Of a DNA stretch of 64,000 nucleotides, positions 33,631 through 42,968 are shown one piece after another. The translations under genes were made by a program, and so were the position numbers. Origin of the DNA: an uncultured virus (IMG/VR IMGVR_UViG_3300036770_003021) (taxonomy: Duplodnaviria; Heunggongvirae; Uroviricota; Caudoviricetes). The stretch covers positions 62,001 to 126,000 of the IMG/VR virus record IMGVR_UViG_3300036770_003021. The stretch is one strand, 5' to 3'. Position 1 is the first letter of the stretch; the number at the start of each line of letters is the position of its first letter. Below the pieces are notes generated by a model. It was given only the letters and a program-made list of their open reading frames with translations. It searched no databases and had not been told where the DNA came from.

Positions 33631-35307
33631 TTAATCCTCAAATTCAAATTCAACTTGTACTGGACCTTCACGACGATTTCTACCTTTGAAATCACCCACA
33701 ACTCCAGCACCTGTAACAGTATTAATTTCTACTGGGTCTTTACACTCGCCGCCACTACCAGGTGGTTTAACTCCATTGCTACCTGGAGCATATCCTCCTC
33801 CTGTAACAAATACTCTTCTACTCAAAGTTTTATGCAAATTATCTCTTAATAATTTAAGCTTGATTTGTTGTACTGGTATTTGAGTTTGATCTGGATTAGC
33901 ATCCTTTGTATTTTCAGGCGTTGCATCTCCTGATCTAGGATGCGTGTGTGGATGTGGGTGTACGTGGTGATGCCAATGTACGTGGTCTAATAACCAATTA
34001 CATAAATCGTACATCCAATCTACAGTTGTTTGACCTAGTAATACTGGTTCATTTGTTTCACCATATTGACCCAAAAATATTTGTGGCGCATTTATACAAG
34101 CGGTATTATTTGTAGTTATAACTACATTATCATTAGCATCTACTGTATATTCACTATCAGTAGCTACAGCATAACGTTTTTTGCTAAAATGGAACGTTTC
34201 TGCGAATCTACTACTCAATATCAATCTATCAGTGTTTATTACAATTTGATCGCCGTCTAAAACAGGAAATTTAAATGTAGTGGATCCTTTTGGATTGTAT
34301 CTAACTTGTTCTTCAGTTGGCTCTCCGTTTGACGTTTTGCCAAATATACTTTTATAAACTGTAGTTTTCCAATCGCTTTCTGTTTTTCCACTTGTTATTT
34401 GTATTGTGCTGCCATCATTGTTAATATCTTCATCTATTTGTCCACCAAAATTTTTCTCAGATGGAGTTATTTTTGGAATAGGTGGTAACTTGGGATGTAA
34501 TTGTTGTGGTTCGTCTAAAGAGATATTTCTTTGTCTATTTCTAATAGTAATCTTTGGATTTCCATATCCACCACCACTAGATTCTTTTAATAAATTGCTG
34601 TTTAATGCGTAGGATGGATATGATCCTTTATCATTAAGTCTATTATTATCATAAGCACTAAAACGAATTGATTGACCAAATCTACTTTCTATTGCTGTAT
34701 CTCCTTCGTTTTTTCTAATCAATCTTATAAATGGATTGGAAATGAAATATTCCCCAACATACCCAATGTTATTGTATTTTGAATAAATTGGAGCTGATGT
34801 ATAAGTAGCTCTATTTCCGTCAAAGTAAAAAGGCACAGCAGGCTTTCCATTTTCACTATATACTGTTTCTACAGTGTAATCTATATTGGTTGGAAAGTTG
34901 AATTTATTTAAAGGTTTGCTGTAATAGTAGTTATTGCCTACTTTTTGAACCAATACAAGTTCATTGACCAATGGATATTGCGTAATAGTTTGATCCAAAG
35001 GTATAGCCCAAGGCAATTTTTCCACCGATGACTTTTTTTCTTGTGATAAGATTCTTACTTTGGCCCGTCCTATGTACGAAAAATCCACATCGTTTTCTTT
35101 GGCTGGTTCATTCTTATAGTTAAGAGGAACTGTTTGTGGATTTATTTTTTGTTTATATTCGTCCTGCAATTTTACGTGATTTTCATTGAAAATCACATCA
35201 ACTACAACGGCGAGTTGTATAGGTGAACGAATATCAACCAAATCTTTTATTTGTTGATCGTTTAACTGTGGAGATTTATTTGATTTGGATACATCCGTAA
35301 CTACCAT
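33631..35307 (-). CDS. baseplate central spike/hub (gp5/gpV-like)
   Basis: OB-fold-like N-terminus (YPLVNELV), ESRFGQSIRF, EPVLLG, His-rich tip. Confidence 0.65.
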   Translation of the reverse strand: MVVTDVSKSNKSPQLNDQQIKDLVDIRSPIQLAVVVDVIFNENHVKLQDEYKQKINPQTVPLNYKNEPAKENDVDFSYIGRAKVRILSQEKKSSVEKLPWAIPLDQTITQYPLVNELVLVQKVGNNYYYSKPLNKFNFPTNIDYTVETVYSENGKPAVPFYFDGNRATYTSAPIYSKYNNIGYVGEYFISNPFIRLIRKNEGDTAIESRFGQSIRFSAYDNNRLNDKGSYPSYALNSNLLKESSGGGYGNPKITIRNRQRNISLDEPQQLHPKLPPIPKITPSEKNFGGQIDEDINNDGSTIQITSGKTESDWKTTVYKSIFGKTSNGEPTEEQVRYNPKGSTTFKFPVLDGDQIVINTDRLILSSRFAETFHFSKKRYAVATDSEYTVDANDNVVITTNNTACINAPQIFLGQYGETNEPVLLGQTTVDWMYDLCNWLLDHVHWHHHVHPHPHTHPRSGDATPENTKDANPDQTQIPVQQIKLKLLRDNLHKTLSRRVFVTGGGYAPGSNGVKPPGSGGECKDPVEINTVTGAGVVGDFKGRNRREGPVQVEFEFED

Positions 35308-35308
35308 A

Positions 35309-35650
35309 TTATTCGCCTTTACTAATTGTTATAACTTCATCCATTAACTGTTTACGTTCGTCTTCACTTAATACCATTGAATTGCCTTCGCCAGTAGCTT
35401 CACCTTTTGCTACCAATCTTTGTATAACTGCGGCTAATTTGACCAATTGTTCATCGTTTTTAACGCCTACATCATAATAGTCTTTTATCATAGGCACTAC
35501 GATAGTAGCGTCGTTAACAGTTTTAATTAAACTTCTTAACTCAGATATTAAAATATCAATTTGATCTTTCTTGCTCTCTGAATTTTTCACTATGTCTTTA
35601 CAAAGACCAGAAAAATTCTTTCCTTTATAAATTTCAAAATTTAAGTCCAT
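35309..35650 (-). CDS. hypothetical conserved phage protein
   Basis: 113 aa; VKNDEQLVKLA. Confidence 0.65.
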   Translation of the reverse strand: MDLNFEIYKGKNFSGLCKDIVKNSESKKDQIDILISELRSLIKTVNDATIVVPMIKDYYDVGVKNDEQLVKLAAVIQRLVAKGEATGEGNSMVLSEDERKQLMDEVITISKGE

Positions 35651-35666
35651 ATATCTATAAATAGAA

Positions 35667-35689
35667 AAACCACTCTATTTGAGTGGTTT
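35667..35689 (-). terminator. intrinsic terminator
   Basis: AAACCACTC-TATTT-GAGTGGTTT hairpin. Confidence 0.65.
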
Positions 35690-35701
35690 ATTTGTTTTGT
35701 A

Positions 35702-36706
35702 TTATATTTTTCCGTTATCAATGTAATTTTTCATAACTATATTTTGATATGATTTCATTTTATTGATAATTTTAGTAATTTGTTGTGTTTTACAATTACT
35801 TAGTTCTCTGATGTAAAGATATAGTGTTTTTTTATTGAAATTTTCAATTCTTTCGCTGTTTCTAAATAATTCTATAACTGCATATGCTATATTGAGATCT
35901 TTTTGTTTGGTGAATATTTTTGTTATATTTCTTTCCCAATAGTTAATTAACAATTTCATAAACTCTTGTGTCTGAATAGTCTTATGATGTGCATCTTCTG
36001 TTTGCAAACAAACACTATCTTCACCTGGAGTTTCACTAATATCTACGTGTTGATTAAATCTTTTATAATTGTTATTGTTATGGAATATCAAGTAATTTTT
36101 AGCTACAATACTAAAATAACTAAATGCCTTACCTTTACCAGCTTCAAATTTGTGAATATTTGAAACCAAGTGTGCTACGGTTTCTTTTTGAATCTCTAAT
36201 GGACTGTTGTCAAAATAAGTAAATTTAAATGTGTTAAAAATATTTTCTACCAATTTATCAAAGCTGTATTTTATACGAGTTTCGTAAATTTCATTTCTTT
36301 TTACGTTGTCGGTTTCGGAATTGTATTCGATGATAGCTTCTTCGGTTTTTTTAGAAAAGTAAATTTTTTCTTTTTTATTGCGACCTCTACGTTTTTTTCT
36401 TACTTCTGTAAGTTCTTCAACTTCTTTATTAATCGCGTCCAATTCATTAATTACTATTACATCTTTGCTTGTTATGGTACGGGGTACATTGATCTCAGAT
36501 AAATTTTTAGATTCATATGTAATGTCTAATTTTAATTTATTTACCTTTTTGGGTTTTTTAACTATCTTTTTTACAGATGTTATTTTTGTTGGCTTCTTTA
36601 TTTTTTTATTAACACTTTTTACCATAGCAGATACTTTACGTTTTTTAGGATTTACTACTTTAGTCACTTTTTTGGTAATGACTTTACTTTTTTTTATTTT
36701 TTTCAT
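35702..36706 (-). CDS. phage sigma factor (gp55-like late sigma) with Lys-rich N-terminal extension
   Basis: Region-2-like HKFEAGKGKAFSYFSIVAKNYLI. Confidence 0.65.
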   Translation of the reverse strand: MKKIKKSKVITKKVTKVVNPKKRKVSAMVKSVNKKIKKPTKITSVKKIVKKPKKVNKLKLDITYESKNLSEINVPRTITSKDVIVINELDAINKEVEELTEVRKKRRGRNKKEKIYFSKKTEEAIIEYNSETDNVKRNEIYETRIKYSFDKLVENIFNTFKFTYFDNSPLEIQKETVAHLVSNIHKFEAGKGKAFSYFSIVAKNYLIFHNNNNYKRFNQHVDISETPGEDSVCLQTEDAHHKTIQTQEFMKLLINYWERNITKIFTKQKDLNIAYAVIELFRNSERIENFNKKTLYLYIRELSNCKTQQITKIINKMKSYQNIVMKNYIDNGKI

Positions 36707-36719
36707 TCAAGTAATAATG

Positions 36720-37001
36720 TCAAACGTTGTCGGTTTCTTCTTCTTTTACTTTTTTATTCAAAGATTCAATGATTTGTTTCAAATCCGTGAAAAGAAAACC
36801 AACATCGTCATCTTTTTCAAATATACCACGGTTATCAACATCTTTCAATTTATTAAAAGTACTTTCTACAGAATTTTTAAAGTTTATAATCCAGTCTTCA
36901 AGTATATCTATTTGATTAAATGATTTTTTTAATGTGATTAATAAAAACACATTAGCTGATACGGATACCAATAACAGTATTAATAATAAAATTTCAATCA
37001 T
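36720..37001 (-). CDS. small membrane protein
   Basis: N-terminal hydrophobic helix; FEKDDDVG. Confidence 0.65.
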   Translation of the reverse strand: MIEILLLILLLVSVSANVFLLITLKKSFNQIDILEDWIINFKNSVESTFNKLKDVDNRGIFEKDDDVGFLFTDLKQIIESLNKKVKEEETDNV

Positions 37002-37137
37002 TGTCTATAGGAGATTCATCATCTACTTCAACGAATTCAGATATGTAATCTAAAGCGTCATTTAAGGTTTTCCAACACGATTCATCGTATGATCTTTTGA
37101 TCAATTTGTACAATTCTTTAAGCTCAGTTTCATCCAT
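36994..37137 (-). CDS. small acidic hypothetical protein (47 aa)
   Basis: Manual translation MDETELKELYKLIKRSYDESCWKTLNDALDYISEFVEVDDESPIDND; fills the gap and overlaps the next start. Confidence 0.55.
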   Translation of the reverse strand: MDETELKELYKLIKRSYDESCWKTLNDALDYISEFVEVDDESPIDND

Positions 37138-37202
37138 ACTTATAACTACATATATATGGATGATCTACAAAACGAATAAAAAAATTATTTTAATTGTAAT
37201 TG

Positions 37203-38258
37203 TTAAAAACTAAACATGCCTCTTACACCAGTTTTGCCTTTTCGTTCAACAACCTTCTCTACTATCTTTTCAACCTCAACTGGTTTCTCTATTATTTTTT
37301 CCACTATCTTTTCCACTTCCACTGGTTTTTCTACGATTTTTTCCACTATCTTTTCAACATCTACTGGCTTCTCGACTATCTTTTCAACAACAGATGGAGT
37401 CGGAGATATGTTTTTATCATTAGAGTCAACCGTATTTTTTTCTTGTTTCTTATATAGTTCGTAATTTTTGTCTTCCTCTACGTAGGTTTTATTGCTACTT
37501 ATATTATATGCTAATAACAATATAACTGCAAGTGGATCAAATACTGTAATAAGCACTACTATGAACCATTTAACTACTGTTTGAATTGTAGTGTTGAATT
37601 GATCCGCAACAAATTTAAATGTGGTAATATCCTTCTTTTGACTATTATCCACTTTTAATTTGTAAATGTTATCATCTATAGAACTTACTTTGGTACTATA
37701 AGTTTTAATCTTTTCATTTTCCCCCTCCAATTGTTTGTTTAAATCCCCAATCTGATCATTAATCTGATTTTGAATATTTTGCAATTGTATTGGATTTCTT
37801 GCAATTAATACATTTGTAAGTACTTCGTTCAATCTAACCTCTTGACTACTTCTCAAACTATAAAGTTTTTCAATTGTCTTTTTAGTAGACTCCATCTTAC
37901 TAAGTTCTTCTTTTTTCTGAGACTCAAGTGTGACAATCTTATTCATAGATAACTCGGTCTCCAATGAAGATTTTTGAAACGCAGCTGTTAAAAATCCAAA
38001 TACACCTAGAGATGTAATTGCCATTAAAGCAAATACAGCAATTATCATATAGGTTCTCATTAATATATTGGCTTTATTCCAATATCTGAATAACCACGAT
38101 GTTGTTACAAGTTTACCTAGTTCCAATGAACCAGCCATAATCATTGCAGCAATAGTTGCTCCTGAAAATAACAATCCAATACCATATACACTAAAATAGG
38201 CAGCACACCCGGCGATTAAAAGTGACGTTGCCATTACCAAATGATGAAATTTTATCAT
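37203..38258 (-). CDS. membrane protein with coiled coil and VEKIVEKP repeats
   Basis: Several TM helices, FDPLAV motif, C-terminal repeats. Confidence 0.75.
   Translation of the reverse strand: MIKFHHLVMATSLLIAGCAAYFSVYGIGLLFSGATIAAMIMAGSLELGKLVTTSWLFRYWNKANILMRTYMIIAVFALMAITSLGVFGFLTAAFQKSSLETELSMNKIVTLESQKKEELSKMESTKKTIEKLYSLRSSQEVRLNEVLTNVLIARNPIQLQNIQNQINDQIGDLNKQLEGENEKIKTYSTKVSSIDDNIYKLKVDNSQKKDITTFKFVADQFNTTIQTVVKWFIVVLITVFDPLAVILLLAYNISSNKTYVEEDKNYELYKKQEKNTVDSNDKNISPTPSVVEKIVEKPVDVEKIVEKIVEKPVEVEKIVEKIIEKPVEVEKIVEKVVERKGKTGVRGMFSF
37245..37390 (-). repeat. coding tandem repeat (VEKIVEKPVE)n
   Basis: Imperfect repeats visible in DNA and protein. Confidence 0.85.
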
Positions 38259-38282
38259 ATCTATAAATATATAAAAATAAAA

Positions 38283-38308
38283 AACCCCGTTAATTTAATA
38301 ACGGGGTT
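38283..38308 (-). terminator. intrinsic terminator after hsp20
   Basis: AACCCCGTTA...TAACGGGGTT plus U-run on minus strand. Confidence 0.8.
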
Positions 38309-38328
38309 AATATAACCTTGATTGAATA

Positions 38329-38811
38329 TTAATCAATCTTTACTTTTTTCGTGACAGGAATCGTTGGTTTCACCTTTAATAATGTAACCTTTAACAATCC
38401 ATTTTCAAACTTTGCGGTGGGATTCGCTCGATCAATTTGATCTCCTAAAGTAAAACTACGTTTGAAACTACTGTGTTTTAGTTCTCTACGAATGTATTTT
38501 CCTGTAGACTCCTTATCATCCACGTTTTTGATCTTTTGACCACTGATAGTAAGTACGTTTTCTTGTACATCTACAGATACTTCGTCTTTAGACAAACCTG
38601 GAATTTCCGCTAGAATTTCCACACGGTCATTATAATCAATAACATCTACGCGGGGATAACTTTGTTTTTCAAAAAAACCAACACCTAATTCTTTGTTTAA
38701 TTCTGGGAAGTGAGCCGCAAATACTTCATCAAATACGCGGTCAAATGGTGTTAAAAATTCATCACGATCAATGTGTCGCAATGCAAACGGACTATATTTT
38801 ACTACTGACAT
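38329..38811 (-). CDS. hsp20: small heat-shock protein Hsp20
   Basis: YPRVDV, AEIPGL, LTISG, RRE...FKRSF, AKFENGLL. Confidence 0.95.
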   Translation of the reverse strand: MSVVKYSPFALRHIDRDEFLTPFDRVFDEVFAAHFPELNKELGVGFFEKQSYPRVDVIDYNDRVEILAEIPGLSKDEVSVDVQENVLTISGQKIKNVDDKESTGKYIRRELKHSSFKRSFTLGDQIDRANPTAKFENGLLKVTLLKVKPTIPVTKKVKID

Positions 38812-38943
38812 ATATTTACCTTTCTTTTTAATAATTCTATTGAACTTATTAACCTAATAGCCTCATTCGAGCACTATAGTGAATAACACATCCGTGTCGT
38901 TCAACAATATATATAACCAAATTTTGAAAAATGTCAATATTTT

Positions 38944-40899
38944 TTATCCTACAGACGAAACTCCACCTGTTTGACACAAATTAATATAGTTTTCGATGGA
39001 CACAATATTATTGTTTCTTCTCAAGAACAATATGTAAAAGCTTGCACTACCCAATATTGAATTTGTTGTTACAACTGTATAAGTACCTGAAAATTGTCCC
39101 GATGCACCAGTGGTACACGCATAGTCTTGACCTCCGGCTGGATCTAATGTCCACGAAATGTTAATAGTATATCCGTCTTGAGTTATAGTCGAAGGTAATG
39201 TACAGCCTGAATTTGGCAAAGCATTAACAACCGCTTTAGCAAAAGTTTTATCTGCAGATGTACCTGTTTTGTAGGCAATTGTTACTACTGTTCTGGTTTT
39301 TATCTGTGTCCAACTCTCCAACATACTTGGATTATAACTAATACACCCGAGATTACTTGTTACAGGTGTAACCACTGGAGGTACTACCGGAGAAACCACA
39401 CAAGAATTCTTATCAAAGTTAGCTATAATTTCACAATTTTGAGATTGAGGTGAATATCCCAATGGCAAAGTCAAACTCACAGAACCCTTTGCATTAAAAG
39501 TTTTTGGTTGAAGTGTGTTTTGATAATTAGCAAGTCCAAAACCAATGCTAATTTTACGTATTCCGTTCGCTGGAATAGAAAACATTCCTGATGGACTAAC
39601 ATCAACAGTGTTAATCAATGCGTTTAATGATGTTCCATCTAAATTGGTCCAAGTAGGACTAATGGTAGCCAACATTTCCGCATTATTATTATTTGTTATT
39701 ATGAAACTGCCGCTGTGTTTTACTTGTGTAGTTGCGGTTGGGTTACAAACTGGTTGAGTATAACCATCTCCACAGTCCAAGTAACCACATCTTGGTCCTG
39801 TAAATGATATATTTGTTGGAAAATTTCCAACAGTTGCTGGTGGAGACGTACAAGAGGATGCATTTGAATCTTGTGTACCCAAAATATAAAGTGTTATTTG
39901 ACCAAATGTAGATGTATTTTCGAATGCATATTCATAAGTAACATTTGTTCCACCCAAACTAGTTGCTGTAACCAAACCTGTATAAAAATATCCAAGTGAT
40001 CCGTCAGGTGTATTTGATTTTTGCAAAATCAATCCGTCAAATGTCAAAGTTCTATTGTATCCTAAATTATCTCTGTAAGATATAACAGGCAAAAGTTGTC
40101 CACTCGATTTGTATGTTGTTATGTTTGGATTTTGTAACAAACTATTTAAGTTATTTAATATGTTTGATAAATCAGTTATTTTAGTGTTTGTATATCCATT
40201 TGCAGTTTTATCGCCGTTGATTTTTTGAAACAGTAATGAACTTGCAGTGGGTAAATCCGCAGCTGTTATTGTGTATGTATAAGTTGTACTATCCGTTACA
40301 GTACTGGCACAAGTGCCTATAAACATACTGGACGTAAATGCATTCGATAAACAATCTTTTGATACCAATTTATAAGCTTTCGTATCTACCAAATTATAAA
40401 ACAATTCAATATTATCGCCTGATTTAGCATAAGAAAAAACTTTATTCCATCCAGAATCAACAATTGGAGTAGTAACATCAGATTTGGAATACAACGTGTA
40501 TTGATAAACTTTATCTTGTATGTTGTTGGTTAAAAAGTTGTTGTTTTGTATAACGCTCGGTGAATAAATTTTAACAGTTGCTACTCCTGTAGACGCAGCT
40601 ACTTTAAAAGAACTGCTTATATAAGATGCGCCATAAAACTCACTAAATTTTATTGGTCTTCTATTGTCTTTGTTTATAAACCCAACTCCCAAAGCTTTTG
40701 TGATATTAATCGTACTTGAATCAGTATTGGAATTACCAATTCTATTTTCCATCTGGTAATAACTCTGTGATATAGAAAAATTACTTGATCCTGGATTATA
40801 AAAGTTACTTAATAAACTATTGATAGATAAATTTTCACTATTGTTGGTTTCACTTTTAAAACTAAGCGGCCCAAATCTATTTAATATATTGACAGGCAT
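38944..40899 (-). CDS. putative tail fibre-associated structural protein
   Basis: Thr/Ser/Cys-rich; PIKFSEFYG motif typical of proteins next to fibre genes. Confidence 0.55.
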   Translation of the reverse strand: MPVNILNRFGPLSFKSETNNSENLSINSLLSNFYNPGSSNFSISQSYYQMENRIGNSNTDSSTINITKALGVGFINKDNRRPIKFSEFYGASYISSSFKVAASTGVATVKIYSPSVIQNNNFLTNNIQDKVYQYTLYSKSDVTTPIVDSGWNKVFSYAKSGDNIELFYNLVDTKAYKLVSKDCLSNAFTSSMFIGTCASTVTDSTTYTYTITAADLPTASSLLFQKINGDKTANGYTNTKITDLSNILNNLNSLLQNPNITTYKSSGQLLPVISYRDNLGYNRTLTFDGLILQKSNTPDGSLGYFYTGLVTATSLGGTNVTYEYAFENTSTFGQITLYILGTQDSNASSCTSPPATVGNFPTNISFTGPRCGYLDCGDGYTQPVCNPTATTQVKHSGSFIITNNNNAEMLATISPTWTNLDGTSLNALINTVDVSPSGMFSIPANGIRKISIGFGLANYQNTLQPKTFNAKGSVSLTLPLGYSPQSQNCEIIANFDKNSCVVSPVVPPVVTPVTSNLGCISYNPSMLESWTQIKTRTVVTIAYKTGTSADKTFAKAVVNALPNSGCTLPSTITQDGYTINISWTLDPAGGQDYACTTGASGQFSGTYTVVTTNSILGSASFYILFLRRNNNIVSIENYINLCQTGGVSSVG

Positions 40900-40913
40900 A
40901 TATCCTATATATA

Positions 40914-42404
40914 TTAAGATTTAATCTTATTTTTTAGTTCTTGAACTTCTTTGTTGAGTTCTTGAATAGATTTCAACAACAGTGCTATCAATGGATTATA
41001 TTTTACAACTTTGTATCCCTCAAGATTTTCCATTACCAAATCAGGATACAATTCTTCAATTTGTTGAGCAATAACTCCGAAATCTTGTTTGCCATTAGAC
41101 TTCCAATTGAATTCAATTGCATTGATTTGTTCCACTTTTTTCAGTGCATTTTCAATTGGTCTAATATTATCCTTGAGTCTGATATCAGATGTAGCAAATG
41201 TAGAAAGTGCAACTATATCGCCTCTAACATCCAACTGTCCGCTTCCACTAACACGTAATAATTTGGTTTGTGAACTACCAGATGTAATTAAAAACACATT
41301 TGAATTTGGATTGTATCCAGATGGCCATCCAGTGGACCCACTTAAATGCAAATGTAATTGAGCATTTACGTTGTCGGAACTCACTATATTTCCAACACTT
41401 AATAATCTTTGTCTGATTCCCAAAACTCCCCAACCAGATTTTCCTGATTGCCAAGTTACATCTTTGCCTGGTAAAGCTGATGTATTTACGTGAGATCCAG
41501 AATAATAAAATGCAAAATTAGCAGATGTTCTTAAATAATTGTTTGAGGTTTGTAATCCTATACCATATATGGATTGACCCGATGAAGAATTTTGAATCAA
41601 ATGCTCACCTACAGCGGAAAATTGTAATGGGTTGTTTACAGTAACTCTACCTGAACCCATACTTCCCAAATTATTAATACTACTATTTCTCACCAGATAA
41701 TTAGTAGATCCTATAGCAGTGCCTGTTGTCCAGTATGTAAATTGATTTGCAGTACCAGTGCCTGTTATGTTTCCTCCTGAATTCAAAGCATAAGAAGCGG
41801 TTTTAGCGCAACTAGCCGTACCATAAAATGCAACTTTTCTATTTGCGTTGTAATGATTTGATGCACTAATGTAACCCTTGATGCTAGCAGAAACACTTCC
41901 TGAGAAACGTCCTCTTGAAACACCACTAAAACTACCAGTTAATTTAGAGTTTTTACTAATCAATGAACCATATAAACTTCCACTGAAACTTCCACTAGCA
42001 CTTGCTTTCTTAGTCAATATATAACCATAAAAACTACCGCTCAATGATCCTGAAGTATTGGATTTTCCCGTTGTTAGTCCGTTAAAACTGCCTGTAAAAC
42101 TACCTGTATTGGTACCGTTGAAGTTTCCACTAAAACTACCGGAGTGATCACCTTGAAAACTACCAGTAAAACTTCCTGTAAAAGTACCACTTAATGTTTT
42201 TGCAGATCCAGAAAAACTTCCGGTATAAGATCCTGTTACAGATGATAAAAATGTTACAACGTCCCCAAATGTGCTTTTTCTGGAGTATAAATCGTTGGAA
42301 GAACCAGATTCAATTGTTAAAATTAAATCTTTAGACGTTAACGTGTTGTATCGTACCAGATCGCTAACTTTTACTTGTTGTATTAAATTACAGGTAGTTG
42401 ACAT
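40914..42404 (-). CDS. tail fibre with C-terminal peptidase S74 intramolecular chaperone
   Basis: SDIRLKDNI...GVIAQQIE...LIALLLKSIQEL; (T/S)GSF repeats. Confidence 0.85.
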   Translation of the reverse strand: MSTTCNLIQQVKVSDLVRYNTLTSKDLILTIESGSSNDLYSRKSTFGDVVTFLSSVTGSYTGSFSGSAKTLSGTFTGSFTGSFQGDHSGSFSGNFNGTNTGSFTGSFNGLTTGKSNTSGSLSGSFYGYILTKKASASGSFSGSLYGSLISKNSKLTGSFSGVSRGRFSGSVSASIKGYISASNHYNANRKVAFYGTASCAKTASYALNSGGNITGTGTANQFTYWTTGTAIGSTNYLVRNSSINNLGSMGSGRVTVNNPLQFSAVGEHLIQNSSSGQSIYGIGLQTSNNYLRTSANFAFYYSGSHVNTSALPGKDVTWQSGKSGWGVLGIRQRLLSVGNIVSSDNVNAQLHLHLSGSTGWPSGYNPNSNVFLITSGSSQTKLLRVSGSGQLDVRGDIVALSTFATSDIRLKDNIRPIENALKKVEQINAIEFNWKSNGKQDFGVIAQQIEELYPDLVMENLEGYKVVKYNPLIALLLKSIQELNKEVQELKNKIKS

Positions 42405-42406
42405 AA

Positions 42407-42949
42407 TTACTTCCAGGCGTAAATTTTAAGATACCATTTGGTTGTATCGATATTATATTGACTTATTACACTGGTGCTACTGTTATAGTCGTAAACAGTA
42501 ATGCTGGTATAAGTTGGGACAATTAGTAACACAGTACTAGAACTCGAAACGATACTGCAAATTGGTTTTGTTTGGTTATTGAAAAAAGATGTTACGTCAA
42601 CTTCTTGGTTAATAACAAATCTTCCATCATTACTATTACATTTTAAAACTACTCGGACCAAAGAAGGTACAGCAGAAAATCCGTGGGAAAATGAAAGAAC
42701 ATTTCCAGATGAATAATATGATACGCTATTACTATCAGTTGTGGTATTAAATAAAGAAGTGGTATATCCAGATATACCATCTGAGTTAGCATAATCTTTT
42801 AAATCAGATAAAGTGGATTTTCTAGAATATTTTGAACCACCTGTATTTTCAATAACCATCAGTTGATCTGCATCTTTGATACTAGAATAAGTTGCTAGAT
42901 CGCTGACCTTTATTAGTTGTACATTTAAACTGTTACACGGAGTTGACAT
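42407..42949 (-). CDS. short tail fibre-related protein
   Basis: N-terminus paralogous to 40914..42404; HGFSAVP motif. Confidence 0.6.
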   Translation of the reverse strand: MSTPCNSLNVQLIKVSDLATYSSIKDADQLMVIENTGGSKYSRKSTLSDLKDYANSDGISGYTTSLFNTTTDSNSVSYYSSGNVLSFSHGFSAVPSLVRVVLKCNSNDGRFVINQEVDVTSFFNNQTKPICSIVSSSSTVLLIVPTYTSITVYDYNSSTSVISQYNIDTTKWYLKIYAWK

Positions 42950-42968
42950 ATTTTATAAATATAAAGTA

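Noticed and set aside
38855..38880. CIRCE element upstream of hsp20
   Set aside because: Only a short imperfect hairpin; it does not match TTAGCACTC-N9-GAGTGCTAA
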